From an uncultured Ignavibacteria bacterium (lineage in GTDB: Bacteria > Zixibacteria > MSB-5A5 > CAIYYT01): a stretch of 64,000 bases of DNA. This document shows positions 11,312 to 21,896 of this stretch, in pieces (the stretch's first letter is position 1; each line of letters opens with the position of its first letter). The notes below the pieces were generated by a model, which was given only the letters and a program-made list of their open reading frames with translations, did no database searches and was not told where the DNA came from. The translations under genes were made by a program, and so were the position numbers. The stretch covers positions 1 through 64,000 of the forward strand of contig CAZIBI010000002.1 in assembly GCA_964537215.1 (NCBI GenBank). The letters are read 5' to 3'.

Positions 11312-14300
11312 CTAGTGAAAATCGCGCGACTTCAGCTTCACGCTTGCACCGTCAATTGCCACTGAACGAAAACGCTCGCCGACGACATTGACGACACCAT
11401 CCTTGCGTTCAATTTTCCCCCACACATAAAGCACATTGGAGAATATCACTTCACGCCGGAATTGCTTGGCGAGATTCGGTTTGACCACAATATTCGCAAA
11501 CCCGGTTTCATCCTCCAGTGTGATGAATACAAATCCCTTTGCCGTCAGCGGTCGTTGCCGGATCACCACCATCCCACAGGCGCATACCGGTCTCCGGTCC
11601 GGAACTTCGCGCAGTTCCGCAGATGACAACACATCTTCCGCTCGCAGTTCCGCCCGCAACAGCGCCATCGGGTGCGGACCGGTAGATAGCGACAACCCCA
11701 TGATATCCGACTGGACAACATCGATTGTTCGCATCAGTGGCAGCAATTCCGATCCGGTGTCAGGGGAGACCAGGTCCAGTTCATATCCCGACTGGCGCAC
11801 CAGCGACAAGACTTGCCAGAGCGCCGCGCGTCGCGATACGCCGAAACAATCAAAAGCTCCCACTTGCGCCAGTTGTTCAAATTGATGCTGCGCCAATCCG
11901 GTTCGTAGAACGACATCGTTCAGTGAAGCAAACGGCATTTTGGCGCGTTCTGACAATACCCGTTCTGCTGCATTTGCGCCGAGGCTAAGCACATGGCTCA
12001 ACCCGAGACGGATCGCCTCGCCTTCGAGTGTGCATTCCCAGTTGCTGCGGGCAATGCAAACGTTCTTCACCTCAATGCCTTTGCGCATCGCTTCATAAAC
12101 GATGCTTGCCGGCGTGTAAAACCCCATTGGCTGGGCATTCAACAGGGCGCAGTAAAACTCCAGCGGATAATACACCTTCAGCCATGCCGAGACATACACG
12201 AGCAACGCAAACGAAGCCGCATGCGACTCGGCAAATCCGAAATCGGCAAACGCTGCAAGCTGATTGTAGATGCGTTCCGCAATGTCGGACGAAATTCCGT
12301 TCCTGCCCATCCCTTTGATCAACGCCTCCTTAAGCGCGGCAATCCGCTCTTTCGATTGTCGATGCCCGATCGAACGCCGCAGTAGATCCGCCTGTGCCGG
12401 CGAAAATCCTGCCGTCGCCATAGCGACACGAATCCCCTGTTCCTGAAACAGGGGAACACCAAGCGTCCGTTTCAGCACCGGCTCAAGCGACGGATGCAAA
12501 TAGCTGACCGGTTCTTCGCCGTTGCGGCGGCGCAAATAGGGATGTACCATCTTTCCCTGAATCGGTCCCGGGCGGATGATTGCCACTTCTACCACCAGAT
12601 CATAAAAGCAGCGCGGTCGCATTCGCGGTAAAGTGTTCATCTGCGCCCGCGACTCCACCTGAAACACACCAAGCGTATCCGCCGTGCAGAGCAAATCATA
12701 AACCTTTGGGTCGGCATAGGAAATCTGGCTGATATCGATATTCACACTGCGATGCTGCTGCACCATTTTCAAGGCAAGATCAATCAAGGTCAGCATTCCC
12801 AGCCCCAAAAGATCGATCTTCACCAAACCCATGTCTGCCGAATCGTCCTTGTCCCACTGAATCACCGTCCGGTTCGGCATTGTCGCGTTTTCGACCGGCA
12901 CAATTTCCGCAAGCGGCGTCTTGGTGATTATCATCCCCCCGCAATGAATTCCCAAATGCCGGGGAAATCCCTGCAGCCGCCGCGAAAGCTCAATCAGCAG
13001 CTTCACCCTTTTGTCATCAAGATCGACCCCTTGCTCAGCGAAACGCGATTCGGTCTCCTGCAAGTCATTGGTAAAATGATCGAGACACTTCGCCAGTTTG
13101 TCAATATCCGCCGCAGCCAGCCCCAAAGTCTTGGCAACCTCGCGCACCGCCAGGCGCCGGCGATAACAAATGACATTGCACACCATCGCCGCATGATCGC
13201 GGCCATACTTTTCGTAAACATACTGGATGGCTTCCTCGCGACGGTCGGAGGCAATATCAATGTCGATGTCGGGCGGCTCCTTACGCTCTTCCGACAAGAA
13301 GCGTTCAAACAGCAGCTCCAGCTTGATCGGATCAACCGCCGTAATCTCGAGGCAATAACACACTGCGGAATTTGCCGCCGATCCGCGGCCCTGGCAGAGA
13401 ATCCCGCGTTCGCGGCAGAAACGACAGATATCCCAGACGATCAAAAAATATCCCGACAAGTGCAGGTGCTCGATGATCGTCAACTCATGTTCAAGCTGCT
13501 TGTTGACAACTTCCGTGATTTCACCGCAGCGCCGCCGGGCGCCGGCAAATACGAGCTCCCGCAAGTATGAGCTGATCGTGTGTCCGTCCGGCACCGGGAA
13601 ATCCGGCAGCACGGTGGTAAGCTCCTTCATGGCAAAAGAACAGCGCTCCGCAATCTCGACTGTTCTTTCAATGACGCCAGGATAGCGCGCAAATTGCTCG
13701 ATCATGACCGGCTTGGGTTTCAGATATCGCTCGCTGTTCGGATACAGCAGCCCGTCTGATGTGTCAAGTGTAACGCCGTGTTTGATGCACGTCAGTACGT
13801 CCTGAACCCGGCGGTCGTCCTGCTCGCAATAGTGAACCATGTTGGCTGCCGTGACGGGAATTTCCAATTTCTGACCAAGTGCAAAGAGTTTTTCGCAGTA
13901 CAACTCATGCTGCGGCAATTTGTGATGGTACAATTCAAGGATGAAATTCCCCTTGGCGAACAAATCCCGAAATTTACCCGCCGTTTCTTCCGCTGCGTCA
14001 ATATCTCCCGACACGAGCTTTTCCAGCAGCGTTGTTCCCGAAAGTGCAATCAGCCCTCTGTTGTTTCTTTTCAGTTGTTCGATTGTTACCCGTGCTTCGC
14101 CTTTCGGCGATGCCTGCAATGCATTTGCCAACAGCAGGCTAAGGTTACGATACCCGGTGCGGTTCGAAACCAGCAGCACAAGACGGGTTTCGTCTTCGAG
14201 AATAACTTCACTGCCGAAAATCGGCCGCACGCCGTTTGACTTTGCGGCCTCGGCAAAACGCACCGTACCATAAAGTCCGTTGGTGTCAGTCAGGGCAAGT

Positions 14301-14404
14301 GCAGCATACCCAAGCTTGGCTGCGTGCTGCGCCAGTTCCTCCGGATGATTTGCGCCTTCCAGAAATGAGAAGTTGGATTTGCAGTGAAGTTCAACGTAGT
14401 CCAT
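11312..14404 (-). CDS. dnaE2: Error-prone DNA polymerase III alpha-type subunit DnaE2 (ImuC)
   Basis: 1030 aa. N-terminal PHP (HCKSNFSFLEGA), PolIIIalpha core, C-terminal OB fold. Sits downstream of imuA-imuB. Confidence 0.9.
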   Translation of the reverse strand: MDYVELHCKSNFSFLEGANHPEELAQHAAKLGYAALALTDTNGLYGTVRFAEAAKSNGVRPIFGSEVILEDETRLVLLVSNRTGYRNLSLLLANALQASPKGEARVTIEQLKRNNRGLIALSGTTLLEKLVSGDIDAAEETAGKFRDLFAKGNFILELYHHKLPQHELYCEKLFALGQKLEIPVTAANMVHYCEQDDRRVQDVLTCIKHGVTLDTSDGLLYPNSERYLKPKPVMIEQFARYPGVIERTVEIAERCSFAMKELTTVLPDFPVPDGHTISSYLRELVFAGARRRCGEITEVVNKQLEHELTIIEHLHLSGYFLIVWDICRFCRERGILCQGRGSAANSAVCYCLEITAVDPIKLELLFERFLSEERKEPPDIDIDIASDRREEAIQYVYEKYGRDHAAMVCNVICYRRRLAVREVAKTLGLAAADIDKLAKCLDHFTNDLQETESRFAEQGVDLDDKRVKLLIELSRRLQGFPRHLGIHCGGMIITKTPLAEIVPVENATMPNRTVIQWDKDDSADMGLVKIDLLGLGMLTLIDLALKMVQQHRSVNIDISQISYADPKVYDLLCTADTLGVFQVESRAQMNTLPRMRPRCFYDLVVEVAIIRPGPIQGKMVHPYLRRRNGEEPVSYLHPSLEPVLKRTLGVPLFQEQGIRVAMATAGFSPAQADLLRRSIGHRQSKERIAALKEALIKGMGRNGISSDIAERIYNQLAAFADFGFAESHAASFALLVYVSAWLKVYYPLEFYCALLNAQPMGFYTPASIVYEAMRKGIEVKNVCIARSNWECTLEGEAIRLGLSHVLSLGANAAERVLSERAKMPFASLNDVVLRTGLAQHQFEQLAQVGAFDCFGVSRRAALWQVLSLVRQSGYELDLVSPDTGSELLPLMRTIDVVQSDIMGLSLSTGPHPMALLRAELRAEDVLSSAELREVPDRRPVCACGMVVIRQRPLTAKGFVFITLEDETGFANIVVKPNLAKQFRREVIFSNVLYVWGKIERKDGVVNVVGERFRSVAIDGASVKLKSRDFH

Positions 14405-14413
14405 GCCCGCCTC

Positions 14414-15910
14414 TTAATCAAAGAAGCCTTGCAGGTACCAGCGCGACTGAAGCTCATCACGGTAGAGCAGATAATTCATCCCGCGCTCGGTTTCGACTTC
14501 ATAATAAGAGCGCTGAAATTCCCGCTCCCACCAACCGCCGGAAACATTGTACGGCGAACAATATTTTGTCACCCGCTCGACTCCCGCAGCGCTTACAATG
14601 CCATAGATATCTCCGTTGTTTGTCGTAACGCGCACACCCTGCGGTCGCTTGAACAATCGCAGTCCCGCCAGTGCCTTGCCGGCATAGTAACATGCGGGCG
14701 TTTTGCCGTTTGATTTGGCACTCGCTTTTTCGTCGTCATCCCAGTCGCTATTGCTGATGGTTTCCTCCGGCAAAACTTTCCGCGACAGCGCGACCCTGGT
14801 GATCGCCAACTTGTCCAGTCCCGGACGATTGGCAATCGCAGAACGATCATCCGAACTCGTCTGCGCAAACAGCGACATTTGGTTGGTTGGAATCGCACCG
14901 ATATTTGCCAGCGCTACCCGGATCAACGTTACGCCGAAACTGCATTGCACGCCTTCCATGGTTTGCTGCACTTGGCGTTTCCATACCGCTATCGCCGCAG
15001 TAGGTTTGGTCAGCTTTACGTCAATCTGCTTTGGATTGAAATAGGCGCCCTCAAGCAAAATCACGATCTCGCGGCAACCTTGCCCGGAAGATTGCAGCGG
15101 TGCCAATAAGCCTTGCAGCAGTTGCGTGATGCTCTCGATTAGTTGTTCAAGATTCTCCAGAGCATCTTCGAACCGTAACTCGGAGGTATGTTCCGGTGCA
15201 AACGACAACGGCGCAACCGGGGATGCGTTGTCTTCGCACAGACATTCTGCCAGACTGCGCATATCCTCGCCAAACCGCCGTGTAACTTCCTGAAGCGGCA
15301 AACGCGCCAGATCGCCAATCGTCCGCAATCCGAGCGTGTAAAGCTGAAAATTTGTCGCGCCGGAAATCCCCAGCGCAGCAATCGGCAACGGCGATAAAAA
15401 ACTGCGTTCGCTGCCGCGCGGGACAATCAAAGTCCCGTTAGCTTGTGCACGCCGTGAAGCTACCCGCGCCACCGGTTTGTTGCTCGCAATGCCAATTTGC
15501 ACCGCGTAACTAAAAGACGCAAACCGGCGCAGAGCGTTTTTGGCGATTCCGTCCTCACCGCCATGGAGGCGTTTCAACCCGCGCAGATCAAGATAGAATT
15601 CTCCCGGTGCTACAAATTCCACCTGCGGCCCGACCTGTTGCAGCAGTTCCCGTACTTTCTCCGATTCGAGTTGTTCCAGCTTGCTGTCCTGCGTAAGCAC
15701 ACGCAAATGCGCACAGCGATTGCGCGCCTGCGCAGCCGTCATGCCAATTTGCACATCACGTTCGGCAACCTGGTTTACTGCCACTAAAAGTGCATGGGGA
15801 TGTTCACTCTCCGCCACCGCATAGGGATTAAGCGCCAACTCGGCGCGGTTTCTGACCAGCACGGCTAACGGAAAGTCAACCGCATAGACACAAGCAACCC
15901 GGCTGTTCAT
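14414..15910 (-). CDS. imuB: ImuB, Y-family polymerase-like protein of the imuA-imuB-dnaE2 mutagenesis cassette
   Basis: Y-family fold similarity. Likely start is ATG at 15910, giving an ATGA overlap with the imuA stop; the ORF track extends further to 16090. 1 nt downstream is dnaE2. Confidence 0.75.
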   Translation of the reverse strand: MNSRVACVYAVDFPLAVLVRNRAELALNPYAVAESEHPHALLVAVNQVAERDVQIGMTAAQARNRCAHLRVLTQDSKLEQLESEKVRELLQQVGPQVEFVAPGEFYLDLRGLKRLHGGEDGIAKNALRRFASFSYAVQIGIASNKPVARVASRRAQANGTLIVPRGSERSFLSPLPIAALGISGATNFQLYTLGLRTIGDLARLPLQEVTRRFGEDMRSLAECLCEDNASPVAPLSFAPEHTSELRFEDALENLEQLIESITQLLQGLLAPLQSSGQGCREIVILLEGAYFNPKQIDVKLTKPTAAIAVWKRQVQQTMEGVQCSFGVTLIRVALANIGAIPTNQMSLFAQTSSDDRSAIANRPGLDKLAITRVALSRKVLPEETISNSDWDDDEKASAKSNGKTPACYYAGKALAGLRLFKRPQGVRVTTNNGDIYGIVSAAGVERVTKYCSPYNVSGGWWEREFQRSYYEVETERGMNYLLYRDELQSRWYLQGFFD

Positions 15911-16491
15911 GGCAACACAATCTCCGCGCTTTGTCCTTCCTGCGAAATTTTGCTGCGTGTCACCGTTATCGCGACCGCTTTGCGGCCTCTTCGTGCCGCA
16001 GTCATTTGCACTGCCATTAAACTTGGTGGAAACATCTGCCCGCCTTTGTCCGTGAGAAAAATCACCAACCCTTGATACTTGACCGCGCAAATCCGCAGCC
16101 TATGCACCTGTTCCATTCGCAGCTTGTCATTGCGTCCCGTAACATCGCAGACAATCACCCGCGCAGGCGTCAGACGAAACAGATTCTCTGCTGCCCGCAC
16201 GGCTTCGCCACTGGAATTGGTCATTATGCATAGCAGCTGTTCGACATTGACTCCGGCTGCGCTTGCCGCTACAGGGAAGAATGTCGTGCTGCAATCGACA
16301 TAAGCGATCTGCTGTGTTTTCTGATAGCCTGCCAGAAGCTGAAACAGCAGCTTGGTCTTGCCGCTGGAAACTGCACCGGTCAGTTCAATCAGTATTCCGG
16401 CCGGAAGTCCGCCTTGAGGAAACAACCCGTCAATACGGCTGTCGCCGGTTTTGAAACTCGCCCGCGCATCCGTCTTGTTCCGGCTGAACAT
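15907..16491 (-). CDS. imuA: ImuA (RecA/SulA-like) protein
   Basis: RecA-like P-loop region (GILIELTGAVSSGKTKLLFQLLAGY). The LexA box lies inside the longer ORF, so the first ATG below it (16491) was taken as start; that start is uncertain. Confidence 0.55.
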   Translation of the reverse strand: MFSRNKTDARASFKTGDSRIDGLFPQGGLPAGILIELTGAVSSGKTKLLFQLLAGYQKTQQIAYVDCSTTFFPVAASAAGVNVEQLLCIMTNSSGEAVRAAENLFRLTPARVIVCDVTGRNDKLRMEQVHRLRICAVKYQGLVIFLTDKGGQMFPPSLMAVQMTAARRGRKAVAITVTRSKISQEGQSAEIVLP

Positions 16492-16595
16492 TTCGGGATA
16501 CTTGTTTCGCAGCCCCTTTAAGGCATCCGCAAAATCTATCTGCCGCGGCTTGCTCCCGGCAGGGGATAGGGGGCCAAGCTTATTTTTTATTACAA

Positions 16596-16615
16596 TACTG
16601 CACACATGTGCAGTA
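16596..16615. promoter_or_regulatory. Putative LexA operator (perfect 20-bp palindrome TACTGCACACATGTGCAGTA) upstream of imuA-imuB-dnaE2
   Basis: Perfect palindrome with TACTG...CAGTA ends as in the E. coli-type SOS box (CTG-N10-CAG). It lies about 105 bp upstream of the imuA start, with AT-rich promoter-like sequence following. Confidence 0.6.
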
Positions 16616-16828
16616 CGCAGAATTTTGGGAAAAAAGCAATCACTTTTGACAATTGCCGGCAAAATGAGCGGGCAAAACTGGTTTAACCGGCGGAAATCCC
16701 GCCTTCCCATCCCTTTTTGTTTCGCGATCGAAACTTTCCGGCAAAAAAGTTGAATCCGGGTATTGACAAATAAGTAAAATCTGCGATACTTACTTTGAAA
16801 TTCAAAGTGCTTTGCCGATAGGAGTAAC

Positions 16829-17452
16829 ATGCAGGAACCAGATCGCCCGTCCGAACAGATTAATCAAATCCACGCCATCATGGCGCGTTCCACAACATTC
16901 GTCTCGTTGTCCGGATTTTCCGGCGTTTGCGCCGGCATTCTTGCCTTCATGGCGTTCTGGCGTGTCGGCCGCATGCTCGACACAATCTGGCTCGACGAAA
17001 AGGCATTTACGGTACTTCTCGATTCGCCGATCCTGCTGCCCGCTATTGCAGTCGTCTTTCTCGTTACCTTGATCCTCGCGCTCGCGGTTGCATTCTTCTT
17101 TACCTGGCGTCGAGCCAAACACAGTAATCTTGAACTGTGGAATATCGCCTCGCGTCGATTCGGCATGCACATGGCGCTTCCGCTTCTGGCTGGCGGAGTT
17201 TTCATTTTGGCGCTCGCCCGCCTTGGAACGTTTGAGCTGATCTGTCCCGCTATGTTAGTATTTTTCGGACTTGCGCTCATCAACGCCGGAAAATACTGCG
17301 TTTCCGGAACCGAACTCTTCGGTGTGGTGGAACTGGTATTGGGTCTGCTCGCTGCGTTCTGGGTGGAAGCTGGACTTATCCTCTGGGTGGTTGGTTTCGG
17401 ACTCGTCACCGCCGGACATGGCGTGCTCATGTATCTGCAATACGAACGATGA
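16829..17452 (+). CDS. Hypothetical integral membrane protein
   Basis: Several hydrophobic helices. AGGAG SD. The stop overlaps the start of the downstream regulator (ATGA). Confidence 0.5.
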   Translation: MQEPDRPSEQINQIHAIMARSTTFVSLSGFSGVCAGILAFMAFWRVGRMLDTIWLDEKAFTVLLDSPILLPAIAVVFLVTLILALAVAFFFTWRRAKHSNLELWNIASRRFGMHMALPLLAGGVFILALARLGTFELICPAMLVFFGLALINAGKYCVSGTELFGVVELVLGLLAAFWVEAGLILWVVGFGLVTAGHGVLMYLQYER

Positions 17453-17763
17453 AACAGATAATCAATCATATTAACAAATGCTTCGAGAATCGCATCCGTC
17501 TGGGCATCATGGCGGCGCTGATGGTCAATGAGAGCATCGACTTCAAGCCGCTCAAGCAGCTTCTCGGCGCCACCGACGGCAACCTCTCCAGCAACATCTC
17601 AACCCTTGAGCAACTTGGGTACGTGAGAGTGAAAAAGCGGTTTATCGCCAAGACTACCAATACATCCTATTCGATTACCAAAGTTGGCCGCAAGGCATTC
17701 CAGGATCATCTCGATGCATTGGAATCAATAATTAGGGGCGTCACGCCCAACGTAGAGAAATAA
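17449..17763 (+). CDS. Winged-helix transcriptional regulator (HTH_34-like)
   Basis: 104 aa. RLGIMAAL..F..L....GATDGNLS.....LE..GYV...K.F pattern typical of small wHTH regulators. Flanked by membrane-protein genes. Confidence 0.5.
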   Translation: MKQIINHINKCFENRIRLGIMAALMVNESIDFKPLKQLLGATDGNLSSNISTLEQLGYVRVKKRFIAKTTNTSYSITKVGRKAFQDHLDALESIIRGVTPNVEK

Positions 17764-17803
17764 CGGTAAGAGCCCACAACTATGAAAGCAACAGGAGACA
17801 AAA

Positions 17804-18358
17804 ATGGTACTCAACAGACAGAAGAGAATAATCGCGATTGCAGTCGCAGTAGCAGTGATTTTGATGGTGCCGCTGGTGGGTATGCAGTTCAGTAATGAAG
17901 TCGATTGGGGATTTTTCGACTTCGTATTTGCCGGTGCAATTCTCTTTGGAACCGGTCTCGCTTACGAATTGATATCAAGCCGCGCCTCGAACAACACTGC
18001 CTACAAAGTTGCATGCGGCATCGGACTTGGGGCTTGCTTGCTTCTCGTTTGGATCAATGCCGCCGTCGGGATCATCGGCGACGGCCCGGCAAATATGATG
18101 TATGGCGGCGTACTCGTCGTTGGATTCATCGGTACCATCATCGCGCGCTTACGCCCGCAGGGGATGGCATTTACGCTTTTCGCCATGGCGATCGCGCAGG
18201 TGCTGGTTCCGGTTATCGCGCTCGTTCTTGGGATAAGCGATTTTGCCCCCGGTGTGCTGCAGGTCTTCGGCCTCAATGCATTCTTCGCAGCGCTCTTCGT
18301 CGGATCTGCGCTGTTGTTTATGCAGGCAAGCGAGACCTCGCGCAGCAGCTCGAGTTAA
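17804..18358 (+). CDS. Hypothetical integral membrane protein
   Basis: Five predicted TM helices. AGGAGA SD. Confidence 0.5.
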   Translation: MVLNRQKRIIAIAVAVAVILMVPLVGMQFSNEVDWGFFDFVFAGAILFGTGLAYELISSRASNNTAYKVACGIGLGACLLLVWINAAVGIIGDGPANMMYGGVLVVGFIGTIIARLRPQGMAFTLFAMAIAQVLVPVIALVLGISDFAPGVLQVFGLNAFFAALFVGSALLFMQASETSRSSSS

Positions 18359-18589
18359 TAATTCGGTTGGTGTCGTCAAGCTGGTCCGTCCATCCGCAGA
18401 TTTAGGGAATTAAAGCCCAGGCTCGGCAACCCTTTTGTCTGCGAACTAATCCTCCCTCCACAAATGTGATTGCAGCCGCTGCCATCTGCCGCTATATTCA
18501 AAGTCTATGACTGCATCAAGGCTGTTCTGTCGCTTGTCAAACTCGAAGGAGTGGAGCGGGAAGCGCCAAGTCCCCGGAGGATTTCCAAC

Positions 18590-21500
18590 ATGACTAAATT
18601 GAGAATGCTTGCGGCCGCATTCGCGGCTTGTGGCGTAGTGTTATTTTCAACAGCGGCGGCCAAAGACGCCGATTCCACAGTCGCAAAGAAGGATTCCACT
18701 GATAACAAGTGGGATGTCAGTGTCGCTCACGTACCGAGCGATACTCTCGAGTTTGATGCCACAGACGGCACCTGGATTACTGTCGATGTTTCGCCTGATG
18801 GAAAAGAGATCGTCTTCGATATTCTCGGCGATATCTACAAGATGCCGATCGCGGGTGGAGATGCCAAGCTCTTGTCGGGCGGAATTCCGTACGAAGTACA
18901 GCCGCGGTTCAGCCCCGATGGCAAGAAGATTCTTTTCACAAGCGACCGCGGCGGCGGCGACAATATCTGGATGATGAATTCAGATGGTCGCGACAAAGTT
19001 CAGCTTACCAAAGAGGACTATCGACTTCTCAATAATCCTTGCTGGCACCCCAGCGGAGATTACTTCGTTGCAAAGAAGCACTTCACCAGCTACCGCAGCA
19101 TGGGCGCCGGCGAAATGTGGATGTTCAAGATTCCGGAGGCGGGTTCGGGCATCCAATTGACCAAGAAGAAAAACGATCAGCAAGACGCCAACGAACCGGT
19201 GTTCTCGCCGGATGGCAAATTTTTGTATTGGTCGGAAGACATGTCCGGCGGCGAAGCCTTCCAATACAATAAGGATCCTAACGGCACAATCTTTGTGATT
19301 CGCCGCTTGGATCTCCAAACCAATGAAATCACAGATGTAATTTCCGTCAACGGCGGCGCCTGCCGACCCCAGATCAGCCCGGATGGCAAGACGATGGCAT
19401 TTGTGCGCAGAGTTCGCGGCAAGTCAGTATTGTCGCTTTGCGATCTTGACTCGAAAGCCATTCGACACCTCTGGAATGAACTGGACGACGACCAGCAGGA
19501 AACATGGTCGCTGTTTGGCGTGTATCCCGGATTCGACTGGATGCCCGACGGCAAGAGTATTGTCATTTGGGCAAAAGGTAAGATTTGGCGCGTTGAAGTT
19601 GCAACCGGTACACCGACAGAAATTCCGTTCAAGGTTCATGTCATTCAAACCGTCGCTCAAGCAGTTCGCTTTCAACCCCAGGTCGGCGGCTCCGATTTTC
19701 CCGTAAAAGTCATGCGCTGGCCGCAAACCGCGCCGGACGGCAAACAAGTGATCTTCCAGGCGCTCGGATATCTTTACAAATTGACGCTGCCGGACGGAAG
19801 GCCCACTCGCTTGACACAACAAACCGACCACTACGAATTTGCCCCGGCGTTTTCGCACGATGGCAAGCAAATCGTCTACGTCACCTGGAACGATACGACT
19901 GGCGGCGCGATTCGGGCAATCGGAGTCGATGGGCGGAATGATCACGTCGTCGTTTCTCGGCCCGGGCATTATGTGTCAGCACATTTCTCCCTCGACGGAA
20001 ACGCTTTAGTCTATCATCGCGGCAGCGGAGATGGTTTCCGCGGCAACCTTTGGAAAGAAGATCCGGGAATATATCTCCTCTCACTTGAAGGCAAATCGGC
20101 TCCGGTATTCCTCACTCGCGAAGGCGAGACTCCCAGATTTTCGCAGGATGGCAAAAGAGTATACCTCAATTCGCGCGAAGGCGACAAATCGGCGCTCGTG
20201 AGCGTCGATCTTCTCGGCTCCGATCGTCGCGTTCATGCAACCTCCGAGCACGCCGGCGATTTTGTACTTTCGCCGGACGAGAAATGGCTGGCATTCGAGG
20301 AGTTGTGGCAGGCGTACATTACTCCGTATCCGCAAATCAGCGCCGCCATACAAGTCGGTCCGGATATGAAAAACTTGCCGGTGCACAAACTCTCCAAAGA
20401 TGCTGGTACCTACCTGAACTGGTCAGCCGATAGCAAATCGGTCTCATGGAATCTTGGCCCCGACTATTTCACTGCTGACGTAAACAGCGTTGCGACCGAC
20501 ACGACAAAAGATTCTACTAAGGCTTACAAATCTTCGGTCGTCGACCTTGGCTGGAAGGAGAAGGCGGACATCCCAAGCACTGACTTGTACTTTGTCGGCG
20601 CAAAGATCCTGCCGATGAACACGCTCGATGTCATTGCTGACGGTGTCGTGCATGTGAAAGGGAATCGCATTGCCGAAGTCGGCCCGCGAGACAAGGTAAG
20701 TGTACCGGCTGGCGCCAAAGTCATCGACGTCACCGGCAAGACGCTGATGCCGGGATTGATTGATGTTCACGCTCACGTTGGCAGCAGTAATCAATCAGTG
20801 TATTCGCAGCAGATTTGGTCAATGCTCGCCAATCTTGCCTTTGGTGTTACGACTTCGCACGATCCCAGCAACAACTCGCAGATGATTTTTGCCGCAGCTG
20901 AACTGCAAAAACAGGGCAAGCTCCTGGCGCCGCGGCTTTTCAGTACCGGAACGATTCTTTACGGTGCTGAAGGCGATTTCAAGACCGTAATCAACAGCTA
21001 TGAGGATGCGGTCAGTGCCGTCAAGAGAACAGCGGCTTGGGGCGCCATTTCGGTAAAGAGCTACAATCAACCTCGGCGAGAACAACGCCAAATGGTCATT
21101 AAGGCTGCTCGCGAACTTGGTATCATGGTTGTGCCAGAAGGCGGCTCAACGCTCAACAATAATATGACCCACTATCTTGACGGTCATACCACAATGGAGC
21201 ACACAATTCCCGTCGCGCCGTTGTACGAGCCGGAGCTGCAATTGATGAGTCGATTTGGTACCGGCTATACGCCGACGTTGATCGTGGCTTACGGCGGCTT
21301 GTGGGGAGAAAACTACTGGTATCAGCACACGAATGTCTGGGAAAACAAGCGGCTGGGTCGTTTCGTCCCACGCGTTGTCATTGATCCGCGTTCGATCCGA
21401 AGAACAATGGCACCCGATTCAGAATATCGCCACTTCGCTTCCTCAAAAGTCGCAACGGAAGTTCTTCATCGTGGCGGCAATGTCGAACTTGGAGCGCACG

Positions 21501-21865
21501 GACAATTGCAGGGCCTTGGAGCCCACTGGGAACTGTGGATGCTCCAGCAAGGCGGCATGACCAATCACGAGGCGCTCCGTTGCGTAACCTGGATGGGCGC
21601 CCGAGTGCTGGGTCTAGATAAAGAGTTGGGTAGTATTCAGCCGGGGTTGCTTGCGGATATCATCGTGATCGACGGCGATCCGCTTGGCGATCTCCGAAAG
21701 TCCGAGAACATTGCTCTTGTGATGATCAATGGTCGGCTTTACGATGCTATGACACTCGAGCAGATCGAACCGGAGCGCAAGCCGCTTGGAACGGGTCCAA
21801 ATCTCGAGGGAGTCATTGGGCCCGATCTCGGAATCGGTTGCTTTTGCACGCAACACAATCACTAA
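18590..21865 (+). CDS. Secreted TolB-like beta-propeller (PD40 repeats) fused to an amidohydrolase domain
   Basis: Signal peptide at internal ATG (GGAGGA SD). Repeated SPDGK PD40-like motifs. C-terminal metal-dependent amidohydrolase motifs (LMPGLIDVHAHVG, ...HGQLQG...DGD). Confidence 0.75.
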   Translation: MTKLRMLAAAFAACGVVLFSTAAAKDADSTVAKKDSTDNKWDVSVAHVPSDTLEFDATDGTWITVDVSPDGKEIVFDILGDIYKMPIAGGDAKLLSGGIPYEVQPRFSPDGKKILFTSDRGGGDNIWMMNSDGRDKVQLTKEDYRLLNNPCWHPSGDYFVAKKHFTSYRSMGAGEMWMFKIPEAGSGIQLTKKKNDQQDANEPVFSPDGKFLYWSEDMSGGEAFQYNKDPNGTIFVIRRLDLQTNEITDVISVNGGACRPQISPDGKTMAFVRRVRGKSVLSLCDLDSKAIRHLWNELDDDQQETWSLFGVYPGFDWMPDGKSIVIWAKGKIWRVEVATGTPTEIPFKVHVIQTVAQAVRFQPQVGGSDFPVKVMRWPQTAPDGKQVIFQALGYLYKLTLPDGRPTRLTQQTDHYEFAPAFSHDGKQIVYVTWNDTTGGAIRAIGVDGRNDHVVVSRPGHYVSAHFSLDGNALVYHRGSGDGFRGNLWKEDPGIYLLSLEGKSAPVFLTREGETPRFSQDGKRVYLNSREGDKSALVSVDLLGSDRRVHATSEHAGDFVLSPDEKWLAFEELWQAYITPYPQISAAIQVGPDMKNLPVHKLSKDAGTYLNWSADSKSVSWNLGPDYFTADVNSVATDTTKDSTKAYKSSVVDLGWKEKADIPSTDLYFVGAKILPMNTLDVIADGVVHVKGNRIAEVGPRDKVSVPAGAKVIDVTGKTLMPGLIDVHAHVGSSNQSVYSQQIWSMLANLAFGVTTSHDPSNNSQMIFAAAELQKQGKLLAPRLFSTGTILYGAEGDFKTVINSYEDAVSAVKRTAAWGAISVKSYNQPRREQRQMVIKAARELGIMVVPEGGSTLNNNMTHYLDGHTTMEHTIPVAPLYEPELQLMSRFGTGYTPTLIVAYGGLWGENYWYQHTNVWENKRLGRFVPRVVIDPRSIRRTMAPDSEYRHFASSKVATEVLHRGGNVELGAHGQLQGLGAHWELWMLQQGGMTNHEALRCVTWMGARVLGLDKELGSIQPGLLADIIVIDGDPLGDLRKSENIALVMINGRLYDAMTLEQIEPERKPLGTGPNLEGVIGPDLGIGCFCTQHNH

Positions 21866-21896
21866 GAGCTATCGGCTAGAGTAGGGAGAACATACT

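Noticed and set aside
16492-16830. Longer ImuA N-terminus, giving the 307-aa ORF
   Set aside because: The extension would read through the palindromic LexA-type operator and its promoter. The first ATG downstream of the operator was taken instead, though the exact start remains uncertain.
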